From contig CAZVYQ010000004.1 of the NCBI GenBank assembly GCA_964631375.1, positions 12,910 through 76,909 on the forward strand: DNA of 64,000 nucleotides, in the 5' to 3' direction. A model generated the notes under the pieces. It was not told the DNA's origin. It ran no database searches and saw only the letters and a list, made by a program, of their open reading frames with translations. The stretch is from an uncultured Lachnospiraceae bacterium (lineage in GTDB: Bacteria; Bacillota; Clostridia; Lachnospirales; Lachnospiraceae). A program made the translations under genes and the position numbers. Below, one piece after another: positions 1 through 8,949 of this stretch (position 1 is the stretch's first letter; each line of letters starts with the position of its first letter).

Positions 1-1
1 T

Positions 2-2248
2 GTGGTGATTACCGGAATCAGCGGGTCAGGAAAATCCAGTTTGGCATTTGACATTTTATTTGAAGAAGGCAAGAATCAATATCTGCGTTCCATCGGGATC
101 CTATCGGGTCTTGATAATGAAGAACGTTTTGAATCATTGACCGGAATCGGACCGACTGTATCAGTACGCCAGAATACGGTTCGTCAGAATAATCCGCGTT
201 CTACAGTCGGTTCCAAGACAGGACTTTTGAATCAACTGGCGTTAATCTATGCAAGTGACGGAGTGAATACAAGAGACACCAAAATGCAGGAACATCTGTC
301 TATCGGTTCGTTTTTATATACCACCGCCGATGGAATGTGTCTGCACTGTCAGGGGAGAGGTGCCTACTATGATGTCAATCTGGAGCGTCTCATCCCGGAA
401 CAGAACATCACGCTTTTGGAGGTATATGAAAGATTACATGTGACGGCCGGTTTTATGAGGTTATTGGTCAAGAAATATGGAGCATATTTTCAAACCCCAT
501 TCTGGAGTCTGCCGGAGGATGTGCGAGAGAAAGTTGTATACGGAACTTATGAGAGTGGGAAACAGAGTTATTGTATTGAAAGGATTCTTCGCAGTGGATT
601 TGAGCGTGGTGAAGATGTGGAAGCGGTCTATGAAAAGCAGATCTGTCCTGTCTGTCACGGTGAACGAGTCAGTGAAGAAGCACAGGATGTTTTGCTTCAT
701 GGCAAACGTATCGGAGAACTGGGACAAATGACACTTTACAGTCTGCTGGCATTCTTGCAGGATATCTCTGATGAAGAACTGTCACAGTTTGGAATCAATA
801 CACTTAGACATATGAAACAGGAAATCAAGCATTTGATTAAATTCAGGTTGGGACATTTATCATTGTACCGCGAGATGTCTACTCTGAGTGGAGGAGAGAT
901 CCAGCGTATATTTCTTCATTTACATCTGGAATCAGGACAGGATTCGCTGATCTATATCTTTGATGAACCGATGGCAGGACTACATCCTGCAGAAAAGCAG
1001 AGTATGATGGATGCTGTGAAGGAACTGCGAGATATCGGAAATACTGTGATTGTAGTTGAGCATGATCCGGAGATGATCAAACAGGCAGATCATATCATAG
1101 AGATTGGACCGATGGCCGGAAGAGATGGTGGAGAAGTTGTATTCGAAGGAGATTACAGGTGTTATTTATCTGCGGATACCATACTGAGTCGATATCTGTC
1201 TGCAATTAATAAGGAGCAAAATGCAAAACTAAGAGAAACGAATCAGAGCAGGACAGACAGAAACGATAACAGTTGTAAGCCTTGGGATTGTATTAAGATT
1301 CATCATGCAAATACACATTATCTCAAGGATTTGACTGTGGCGTTTCCGCTTCATGCCATGGTGGGCATCGCCGGACTGTCCGGCAGCGGCAAGAGTTCAT
1401 TGATAGAAGATACACTTTTGAAAAGACTATCGAGTGCAAAGAAGTATGGGACTGCAGAGGGAATAGAGGGCACTGAAAAAATCAATGGTTTTGTACAGAT
1501 CTCGCAGGATCCAATTGGCAGAAATACGAGTTCTACCCCGGCATCGTATATTGGGATCTGGGATAAGATCAGAGAACTGTTTGCCGAACAGCCGGAGGCA
1601 AGAGAAAAACAACTGACTGCCGGACATTTTTCGTTTCATTCAAAAGGTGCCTGCCCGGATTGTGGAGGCAGTGGATATGAGAGAATCTTTTTGACAGCAG
1701 ATTTTTCTGTGGACAAAAAGTGTCCTGTCTGTCATGGAAAACGATTTACCAAGGAAAGTCTGTCAGTACGGTATCATGGTCAGACCATTGCTGATGTGCT
1801 GGCAATGAGTGTTCTGGATGCAATCACTTTTTTTTCAGATCAACACAGTATTGTAAAGCCGCTGTCTCTGCTTGAACAGATGGGAATGGGTTATCTGACA
1901 CTGGGACAGCCCACTTCTTCGCTAAGTGGAGGAGAGGCGCAGAGGGTCAAACTGACAAAAGAACTGGGACGCAAATCCAAGGACAATACGTTGTATGTGC
2001 TGGATGAACCTACGACAGGATTGAGTCTGTATGATACAGATCTGCTGCTGAGGCTTCTTGAAAAACTTGTATCAGAAGGTAATTCTGTCATAGTGATAGA
2101 ACATAATATCCAGATTTTAAAGAACTGCGACTATATCATTGAATTGGGCCCGGAGGGTGGTGATCTTGGCGGGGAGATCATTGCACAGGGTACTCCGAAA
2201 GACCTGAGACATCAGACGATATCAAAGACAGGGAGGTATCTGCTATGA
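2..2248 (+). CDS. UvrA-family ABC ATPase paralog, short form. The 5' end lies outside the window (about 25-30 aa missing).
   Basis: Two Walker A motifs (GISGSGKSSL, GLSGSGKSSL). Two ABC signatures (LSGGEIQR, LSGGEAQR). CxxC zinc modules (CLHCQGRG, CPVCHGER, CPDCGGSG, CPVCHGKR). Total length is about 775 aa against about 940 aa for canonical UvrA. Confidence 0.85.
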   Translation: MVITGISGSGKSSLAFDILFEEGKNQYLRSIGILSGLDNEERFESLTGIGPTVSVRQNTVRQNNPRSTVGSKTGLLNQLALIYASDGVNTRDTKMQEHLSIGSFLYTTADGMCLHCQGRGAYYDVNLERLIPEQNITLLEVYERLHVTAGFMRLLVKKYGAYFQTPFWSLPEDVREKVVYGTYESGKQSYCIERILRSGFERGEDVEAVYEKQICPVCHGERVSEEAQDVLLHGKRIGELGQMTLYSLLAFLQDISDEELSQFGINTLRHMKQEIKHLIKFRLGHLSLYREMSTLSGGEIQRIFLHLHLESGQDSLIYIFDEPMAGLHPAEKQSMMDAVKELRDIGNTVIVVEHDPEMIKQADHIIEIGPMAGRDGGEVVFEGDYRCYLSADTILSRYLSAINKEQNAKLRETNQSRTDRNDNSCKPWDCIKIHHANTHYLKDLTVAFPLHAMVGIAGLSGSGKSSLIEDTLLKRLSSAKKYGTAEGIEGTEKINGFVQISQDPIGRNTSSTPASYIGIWDKIRELFAEQPEAREKQLTAGHFSFHSKGACPDCGGSGYERIFLTADFSVDKKCPVCHGKRFTKESLSVRYHGQTIADVLAMSVLDAITFFSDQHSIVKPLSLLEQMGMGYLTLGQPTSSLSGGEAQRVKLTKELGRKSKDNTLYVLDEPTTGLSLYDTDLLLRLLEKLVSEGNSVIVIEHNIQILKNCDYIIELGPEGGDLGGEIIAQGTPKDLRHQTISKTGRYLL

Positions 2249-3219
2249 ATCCAAGAGTACAGATGGAACGTGTCATCAATCAAAGTTTTCATAATCACGC
2301 AGGAATCATTGTATTAAGAGATGGTGAAAAGCTATATGAGAATTATTATCAGGGATATACGGCTGACAACAGAGTTCATATAGCTTCTGCAACAAAGAGT
2401 ATCGTATCGATCCTATATGGGATCGCAGTTGAACAAGGATGTCTGGATATCAGACAGAAGGTATTAGATTCTTTTCCTGATTATCCGATTCCAAGAGGAG
2501 AGAGAACACTACCACAGATCACGATTGAAGACATGCTGACCATGCGAGCACCCTACCGTTGTAAGAATGAGCCATATAGAAAGATGTTTACCGGAACAGG
2601 TTGGGTCAAGATGGCATTGGATATTCTCGGCGGTAATGGAAAAATAGGAGACTTTGTATATGCTCCGTTACTGGGCATACAGATCCTGTCAGGAATTCTC
2701 ACCAAAGCTACAGGACAGTCAATCCTGTCGTTTGCCAATGAGCATTTGTTTGAGCCTTTAGGTATTCATGTAAAGGAGCCTCTTTCCTATACAAATCAGG
2801 AAGATTATATGAACTTTTTAAAATCGCGTGATATCAATGGCTGGATCGTCGATCCAGAGGGAATCCATACAGCGGGATGGGGATTGACGCTGACCACTAT
2901 GGATATGGCAAAGATTGGACAGCTGTATCTGAATAGGGGCAGATGGCAGGACAAGCAGATCGTATCTGAGCGGTGGGTGGATGAGAGTACACATGAACAC
3001 AGCTGCTGCAAACAGTGGAAGATGTCCTATGGTTATCTGTGGTGGATATTAGATGACCAAAAGCATATCTATGCAGCCATAGGAGACGGAGGAAACACAA
3101 TATATGTGAATGCACCGCAAAAACTCGTGATTGCCATCAGCTGTACCTATATGCAGGGAGCAAAAGACAGACGGCAGTTGATCCGGAATTATATTGAACC
3201 TGTTTTTCTCAAATCATAG
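2245..3219 (+). CDS. Serine hydrolase / beta-lactamase-family protein
   Basis: SxxK motif ASATKS near the N-terminus. Size and overall pattern fit the class C beta-lactamase/esterase family. The start overlaps the uvrA-like stop (ATGA). Confidence 0.7.
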   Translation: MNPRVQMERVINQSFHNHAGIIVLRDGEKLYENYYQGYTADNRVHIASATKSIVSILYGIAVEQGCLDIRQKVLDSFPDYPIPRGERTLPQITIEDMLTMRAPYRCKNEPYRKMFTGTGWVKMALDILGGNGKIGDFVYAPLLGIQILSGILTKATGQSILSFANEHLFEPLGIHVKEPLSYTNQEDYMNFLKSRDINGWIVDPEGIHTAGWGLTLTTMDMAKIGQLYLNRGRWQDKQIVSERWVDESTHEHSCCKQWKMSYGYLWWILDDQKHIYAAIGDGGNTIYVNAPQKLVIAISCTYMQGAKDRRQLIRNYIEPVFLKS

Positions 3220-3281
3220 ACTTTCTCCGAATAAAATCAGATGAAAAAACGTATACTCATGTTAAATATCAAGGAGGAAGA

Positions 3282-3878
3282 ATGATGTCAGCAGATTTTA
3301 AAAACAGTCAGACGAAAGAGAATCTGATGAGGGCATTTGCAGGTGAGAGTCAGGCACGGAATCGTTATACGTTTGCGGCAGGTAAGGCAAATGAGTTAAA
3401 GCATCAGGCAATCGCACAGGTTTTTTTATATACAGCAGACCAGGAAAAGGAACATGCTGAGGTTTTCTATGAGTATCTCAAGGAATTCTCGGGAGAGACG
3501 ATCTTGATCGATGGTGGCTATCCGGTCGACCTGTCGGAGGATTTATCCAAATTACTGCGTATGGCTCAACATAATGAAATGGAGGAGCATGATGATGTCT
3601 ATCAACGCTTTGGGGATAAAGCAAAGGAGGAAGGGTTTGATGCCATTGCACATACCTTTCATATGATCGCTGAGATCGAAAAGGTACATGGTGATCGTTT
3701 TGGAATGTTCGCACAGCTTATGGAAGAGAATAAGCTCTATGTATCCGATGTGGAGACAGGCTGGATCTGTTTGAACTGTGGGTATATCACAGAGGCAAAA
3801 AATGCCCCTGGTCAGTGTCCGGTTTGTCATCACGATCAGGGGTACTTTATTAGGGTAGAGCTCTCTCCCTTTGCATGA
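3282..3878 (+). CDS. rbr: Rubrerythrin
   Basis: N-terminal ferritin-like diiron motif (NLMRAFAGESQARNRY, EEHD). C-terminal rubredoxin-type CLNCGY...CPVCHH. GGAGG RBS upstream. Confidence 0.9.
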   Translation: MMSADFKNSQTKENLMRAFAGESQARNRYTFAAGKANELKHQAIAQVFLYTADQEKEHAEVFYEYLKEFSGETILIDGGYPVDLSEDLSKLLRMAQHNEMEEHDDVYQRFGDKAKEEGFDAIAHTFHMIAEIEKVHGDRFGMFAQLMEENKLYVSDVETGWICLNCGYITEAKNAPGQCPVCHHDQGYFIRVELSPFA

Positions 3879-3890
3879 TTTAATTCTTTG

Positions 3891-3924
3891 AAAAGCGTAT
3901 AATTAGTGAGTTATACGCTTTTTC
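3891..3924 (+). terminator. Rho-independent terminator after rbr
   Basis: Inverted repeat aaagcgtataa / ttatacgcttt followed by a T run. Confidence 0.6.
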
Positions 3925-4027
3925 ATACAATATGTTGTGCTTTTTGGAAAAGAGAGACATTGACATAGACAACATTTTGTAAGAAAATAATACGTGCATA
4001 TCATAATGAAAGAAATGAAGCAAAAAA

Positions 4028-5188
4028 ATGAGCAGTGAATACATTGAGGATATTGATCGTTCTGCCAGACGTGCAAGACGCATTCAGGAAATGAAACGCA
4101 AAAAGAGACAGCAGGAGAGATTTCGTAAGATTGCGAAGGTCTGTCTTCCTTTTGTTACCATTGCGGTTGCTGTCTTCCTATTGATCACCATAGGTGTGAA
4201 ACTTTTTCATGGAGTATCAAAGCAAAAGGAGATCGAAGCACAGGCAGCTGAACTGGAGGCGGCACGACAGGCACAGCTAGAGGCAGTACCGGAGAAGGTT
4301 GAGGTTCCTGAGGAAGAACCGGAGCCGGTGGAGGCTGTTCCGGTTCATTCTGCAGTCGAAAATGGTGATACAGTACAGCTTGGAGAGGATATCATCAGTC
4401 AGTATGCGATTTTGGTCAATGCCGGAACAGGTTTGATTGAGGCTGAAAAAGATGCACATACGGTTACGGTACCTGCTTCCATGACTAAGGTCCTGACAGT
4501 TTTGGTGGCAGCAGAGCATGTGACAGATCTGGACGCAACGTTTACGATGAATATCGATATTACAGACTACTGTTATCAAAATGATTGTAGTGCAGTCGGT
4601 TTTTCAGAAAATGAGACAGTAACCATCAGAGATCTGTTTTATGGTACGATATTAAAGTCGGGAGCAGATGCTGCGATGGGGTTAGCCGAGTATACAGCCG
4701 GTTCACAGGAAGCATTTGTGGAGATGATGAATGCCAAGCTTGCTGAACTTGGTTTATCCGATACAGCTCATTTTACTAATTGTATCGGAACGTTTGATGA
4801 AGACCATCATTGTACCATGTACGATATGGCGATGATCATGGAAGCTGCAATGGACAACGAACTGTGTCGGGAAGTATTGTCAGCACATAAATATACGACC
4901 AGTTCTACAACTGAACATCCGGATGGGATCGAGATATCAAACTGGTTTCTGCGAAGGATCGAAGATAAGGACGCAGGCGGAGAAGTAATCAGCGGTAAGA
5001 CGGGTTATGTCGTACAGTCGGGTAACTGTGCAGTCAGTTATGCACAGGATGAGACAGGCAATGCATATATCTGTGCAACAGCCAATTCTACCAGCGGATG
5101 GAGATGCATCTATGATCATGTCGATATCTATCATCGCTTCTTGAGCAAGGATGCTTCCGAAGCAGGAACTGCTTCTGTTGATGAATAA
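4028..5188 (+). CDS. D-alanyl-D-alanine carboxypeptidase (S11/PBP5-type) with an N-terminal membrane anchor and an E/P/A-rich linker
   Basis: SMTK (SxxK) and KTG motifs. One TM helix (VCLPFVTIAVAVFLLITIGV). Confidence 0.75.
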   Translation: MSSEYIEDIDRSARRARRIQEMKRKKRQQERFRKIAKVCLPFVTIAVAVFLLITIGVKLFHGVSKQKEIEAQAAELEAARQAQLEAVPEKVEVPEEEPEPVEAVPVHSAVENGDTVQLGEDIISQYAILVNAGTGLIEAEKDAHTVTVPASMTKVLTVLVAAEHVTDLDATFTMNIDITDYCYQNDCSAVGFSENETVTIRDLFYGTILKSGADAAMGLAEYTAGSQEAFVEMMNAKLAELGLSDTAHFTNCIGTFDEDHHCTMYDMAMIMEAAMDNELCREVLSAHKYTTSSTTEHPDGIEISNWFLRRIEDKDAGGEVISGKTGYVVQSGNCAVSYAQDETGNAYICATANSTSGWRCIYDHVDIYHRFLSKDASEAGTASVDE

Positions 5189-5281
5189 AGAGTATTTTGT
5201 TGATTGGAAATGTGGTATACTGTATGCGAAGCGTTGGTCATCAAACTGCTTCGCATTCGTGATATTATGGAGGAACACATC

Positions 5282-6013
5282 ATGATAAAACTGGAGCATA
5301 TCAGCTATCAGGTAGCCGATGATGCAGAGAATAAAGAGATTCTCAAGGACATCAACCTAAGGATAGAAGAAAAATTTATTGCGATTACCGGTCCAAATGG
5401 CGGAGGAAAATCTACACTTGCACGACTCATCGCAGGGATTATTAAGCCAACAGAAGGCAGGATCTATTTGGACGACGAGGATATTACCGATTTATCCATT
5501 ACAGAGCGAGCAAATAAAGGCATCAGCTTTGCTTTTCAGCAGCCGGTACGCTTTAAGGGCCTAACGGTAAAGGACTTAATCACCTTCGCATATGGAGATA
5601 AACTGTCTATCACAGAAGCCTGCAAATATTTATCAGAAGTTGGCTTGTGTGCAAAGGATTATATTGATCGTGAAGTGAATGCAACCTTATCCGGCGGAGA
5701 ATTAAAGCGGATCGAAATTGCCATGATCATGGCCAGGAGGACAAAGGTCTCGATCTTTGATGAGCCGGAGGCCGGAATTGATTTGTGGAGTTTTCAAAAT
5801 CTGATTCGGGTGTTCGAATCCATGAGAAAACAGATTCAGGGAACCGTTCTCGTGATTTCACACCAGGAGAGAATCTTGAATATCGCAGATGAGATTATTG
5901 TGATCGCAGATGGTCGTGTTACCGGACAGGGAACCGGTACAGAGGTGATGTCTACATTGATGGCACCAAAGGAGGCCTGCGATACACTCTTGAAAAAGAT
6001 GGAAACTGTGTAA
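5282..6013 (+). CDS. sufC: SufC-like Fe-S cluster assembly ABC ATPase
   Basis: Walker A GPNGGGKST, signature LSGGELKR, Walker B SIFDEPEAG. The SufC-like stretch RANKGISFAFQQP is present. I chose the ATG at 5282 because GGAGG lies 8 nt upstream; the ORF-track start at 5204 has no RBS. Confidence 0.8.
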   Translation: MIKLEHISYQVADDAENKEILKDINLRIEEKFIAITGPNGGGKSTLARLIAGIIKPTEGRIYLDDEDITDLSITERANKGISFAFQQPVRFKGLTVKDLITFAYGDKLSITEACKYLSEVGLCAKDYIDREVNATLSGGELKRIEIAMIMARRTKVSIFDEPEAGIDLWSFQNLIRVFESMRKQIQGTVLVISHQERILNIADEIIVIADGRVTGQGTGTEVMSTLMAPKEACDTLLKKMETV

Positions 6014-6060
6014 AACAGCTGTAATGACAGCAAAACCGGATAGAGAAATGAGGATTTAAG

Positions 6061-6978
6061 ATGGATCAATTACAAAAGGACATGCTGGAAAAGATATCCG
6101 ATCTCCACGAAATACCGGAGGGAGCATATAACATCAGATACAATGGGAAATTGGAAGGCCGTAATACTACAGCCAATATTGATATTGTAACCAAGACAGA
6201 CAATCCCGGAATCGATATATTTATCAAACCCAATACAAAGCACGAGAGTTTGCATATTCCTGTAATATTGAGTGAAAGTGGATTGCATGATATGGTGTAT
6301 AATGATTTTCATGTGGGTGAGGGTGCAGATGTCGTAATTGTGGCAGGCTGTGGGATACATAATTGTGGAACCGACACTTCTGAACATGATGGCATCCATA
6401 CATTTTACATAGGCAAAAATGCAAGGGTGAAGTATGTGGAAAAGCATTATGGAGAAGGTGACGGCAAAGGGGATCGCATCCTGAATCCGACGACGAATGT
6501 CTATATTGAAGAAGGCGGATACATGGAGATGGAGTCTACCCAGATCAAGGGAGTGGATTCTACAGTGCGGATTACAAATGCAACGCTCAAGGATCATGCG
6601 ACACTTGTAGTCAAGGAAAAGATCATGACCCATGGAACACAGGAGGCACAGAGTCATTTCAAGGTAGAACTGAATGGTCTGGACAGCAGTGCGAATGTCG
6701 TTTCCCGTTCAGTGGCAAACGAACATTCTACACAGCTTTTTACCTCAGAGATATGTGGTAACAATCAGTGTTACGGACATACGGAATGTGATGCAATCCT
6801 AATGGAACAGGGACATGTTAAGGCGGTTCCGTCATTACAGGCGAATGATTTGAATGCGAATCTAATCCATGAAGCAGCAATTGGCAAGATTGCAGGAGAT
6901 CAATTGATCAAGCTGATGACCTTGGGCATGACGGAAAAGGAAGCAGAGGAACAAATCGTACAAGGCTTTTTGAAGTAA
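6061..6978 (+). CDS. SufB/SufD-family protein, short (305 aa)
   Basis: It follows the SufC-like gene. The repetitive pattern suggests a beta-helix. The C-terminal EAAIGKI...EEQIVQGF resembles the SufBD C-terminus. Cys clusters AGCGIHNCG and CGNNQCYGHTEC. Confidence 0.65.
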   Translation: MDQLQKDMLEKISDLHEIPEGAYNIRYNGKLEGRNTTANIDIVTKTDNPGIDIFIKPNTKHESLHIPVILSESGLHDMVYNDFHVGEGADVVIVAGCGIHNCGTDTSEHDGIHTFYIGKNARVKYVEKHYGEGDGKGDRILNPTTNVYIEEGGYMEMESTQIKGVDSTVRITNATLKDHATLVVKEKIMTHGTQEAQSHFKVELNGLDSSANVVSRSVANEHSTQLFTSEICGNNQCYGHTECDAILMEQGHVKAVPSLQANDLNANLIHEAAIGKIAGDQLIKLMTLGMTEKEAEEQIVQGFLK

Positions 6979-6994
6979 ATAACTCATAAAAAAT

Positions 6995-7048
6995 GAACTC
7001 ACTGAAATGGAAAAGCAATAGGGTGGCCATTTTCAGTGAGTTCTTTCT
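6995..7048. terminator. Bidirectional terminator between convergent genes
   Basis: Arms of 16-17 nt, gaactcactgaaatgg / ccattttcagtgagttc, flanked by an A run and a T run. Confidence 0.6.
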
Positions 7049-7078
7049 ATGGAGTGTAGAATGATACTACAAAGACCT

Positions 7079-8020
7079 CTAAATTGTTTGTAAATCTACT
7101 GCAGTATTTGCATGACTGCCGGAACGTCCCTTGTTAAATAATTCTCTGAATTTACGAGACAAACGGCAGAGTTTATCGTACAGATCAAAAGTGATCTCAG
7201 TTGTCTGAGCCACCTGCATATAGGAAGTCATCATGCTGATCATGATATAACTGTCAATAAAGGCTGATTTGATGGCAAGTGCGATCATGACAGCGATCAC
7301 AAAGGCAATAAAACGTGGCCCATCAAATAAAGAAAACAGTGCTCCCAAAAGAAGGAATGGAATGATCCATGCAAGGATGGTCAGGCCGATTACGATCAGA
7401 GATGTTTTAGCGGCTGATTTCAAAAGTTTTTTCCAATTCTGAAAATAGATTACCACGCCGTCAGCGGCTGCTTCAAATACATTCATGTCTGGATTGATAA
7501 AGGTATATCCCAGACAGCACTCATCTACATAATTCAATGCAATTCCGACAAAGAGCTGCAGGACATTGATGATCATGGTGACACCGGGAATGGCTCCAAA
7601 GAGATGATCAATCTTTTGCAGTCCCTTTTGCAGCTGGCTGACAGCTCCGCTTACAAGTCTGTCAATCACGAGGTATGCATTGCTGGTTGCAAAACGCTCC
7701 TTAACCATATCCTTTGCGACCTCAAATTGATTATTAGGTACTCTGCCTGTTGTAACAGCTGTGGATATGATGGCAACATGCCCTGCCTTTACCAAGTATC
7801 CAAAATAGAGATTGACGATATAATAAACTGCTATGGATAAAAAGAACCAGATGATAATGCCATAGCCAAGTCCTTCTTCTGACTTAAACAGCATTGCGAT
7901 TCCTGTCAGAATCAGAAAGAGCAGAACTGAAATGACGGCGGTTGCAAGTCCTAGACCGAGTTTCATCCAGGCAAATTTCATCGTTTTACTAAAGATTGTT
8001 GATGCACTCATTTTTTTCAT
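7079..8020 (-). CDS. Hypothetical polytopic membrane protein
   Basis: Several long hydrophobic segments. I recognised no motif. Start set at the ATG preceded by AAGGTGAGG; the ORF-track start is 8038. Confidence 0.5.
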   Translation of the reverse strand: MKKMSASTIFSKTMKFAWMKLGLGLATAVISVLLFLILTGIAMLFKSEEGLGYGIIIWFFLSIAVYYIVNLYFGYLVKAGHVAIISTAVTTGRVPNNQFEVAKDMVKERFATSNAYLVIDRLVSGAVSQLQKGLQKIDHLFGAIPGVTMIINVLQLFVGIALNYVDECCLGYTFINPDMNVFEAAADGVVIYFQNWKKLLKSAAKTSLIVIGLTILAWIIPFLLLGALFSLFDGPRFIAFVIAVMIALAIKSAFIDSYIMISMMTSYMQVAQTTEITFDLYDKLCRLSRKFRELFNKGRSGSHANTAVDLQTI

Positions 8021-8214
8021 TTGTATCCTCACCTTCATAAAGTTTTAATGAACACTACAATCAGAGAGTATATCGCAAAATTTGTAACATGCCGGATTCA
8101 GGTATCAACTAATGTATTTTTGACACGAAATAAGGTGGCATATCGAGGGGGTAATATAGTACAATACATATTATGGTACATGGGTTACTGTCAAATGAGT
8201 CAGGAGAAGATATC

Positions 8215-8949
8215 ATGTTTAGGATTGCGATATGTGACGACGATCGATACATTGGTTCTTTAATAGAAAAATACATACATGAGTATGCCTTAGAGCAGGT
8301 GGTCGATCTCTCAGTGGAGGTCTATGAAGCCGGAGAGGAGATGCTGTCCCATTTTCACGATGAGGGAGTGTTTGATCTGATTTTTTTGGATATTGAATTT
8401 CCCAAGATGAATGGAGTAGAAATAGGAAACTATATTCGCAATACTTTGCGAAATGAGGTTACGCAGATTGTTTATATTTCCTCTATGCAGACACATGCAA
8501 TGGAGTTATTTGAAGTACGTCCGATGAATTTCCTGATCAAACCGTTATCAGCAGAGCAGATTTATGCTGCCCTCAATAAAGCAATGGAGTTGACGCAGAA
8601 GCAGGGCAGACTCTTTACATATAAACAGGGCTGGACAGAAAAAAAGGTGTTGGTTTCGGATATTTTGTATTTTGAGAGTCTGAAGAAGGAGATCCGCATG
8701 GTTACAACCAAAGATGAAATCTTTTTCTATGGTACACTTGCAGAAATCTATGAAGAGTTAAAGAACAATCGATTCTTCTATCCTCATAAGTCTTATCTGG
8801 TAAATTACAACTGTGTGATTCGCTTTTCATATGATATGCTGACCATAGCAAACGGTGAACGTATTGCGATTGCACAGCCCAGAAGAAAAGAAGTCAGACA
8901 GCTGCAGAGTCGTTATGAGACAGAGGGATGGGAGGTTGACAGTTTATGA
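8215..8949 (+). CDS. LytTR/AgrA-family response regulator
   Basis: Receiver domain (ICDDD...LDIEFPKMNG). C-terminal LytTR-type DNA-binding region (ILYFES...HKSYLVN). ATG at 8215 with AGGAGA upstream. Confidence 0.85.
   Translation: MFRIAICDDDRYIGSLIEKYIHEYALEQVVDLSVEVYEAGEEMLSHFHDEGVFDLIFLDIEFPKMNGVEIGNYIRNTLRNEVTQIVYISSMQTHAMELFEVRPMNFLIKPLSAEQIYAALNKAMELTQKQGRLFTYKQGWTEKKVLVSDILYFESLKKEIRMVTTKDEIFFYGTLAEIYEELKNNRFFYPHKSYLVNYNCVIRFSYDMLTIANGERIAIAQPRRKEVRQLQSRYETEGWEVDSL

Noticed and set aside
5224-5258. 9-bp perfect inverted repeat atgcgaagc / gcttcgcat between the carboxypeptidase and sufC-like genes, considered as a terminator
   Set aside because: It is not followed by a T run and sits only 24 nt before the sufC-like start. 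I cannot tell from sequence alone whether it is a regulatory hairpin or a chance palindrome, so it is not reported as a feature.
6070-6657. 195-aa minus-strand ORF inside the SufBD-like gene
   Set aside because: It is an antisense shadow frame with no RBS and an implausible composition.
8021-8263. 80-aa plus-strand ORF spanning the intergenic region before the LytTR regulator
   Set aside because: It overlaps the 5' end of the divergent membrane-protein gene and the promoter region. It has no RBS, and it is out of frame with the regulator, which has its own RBS at 8215.
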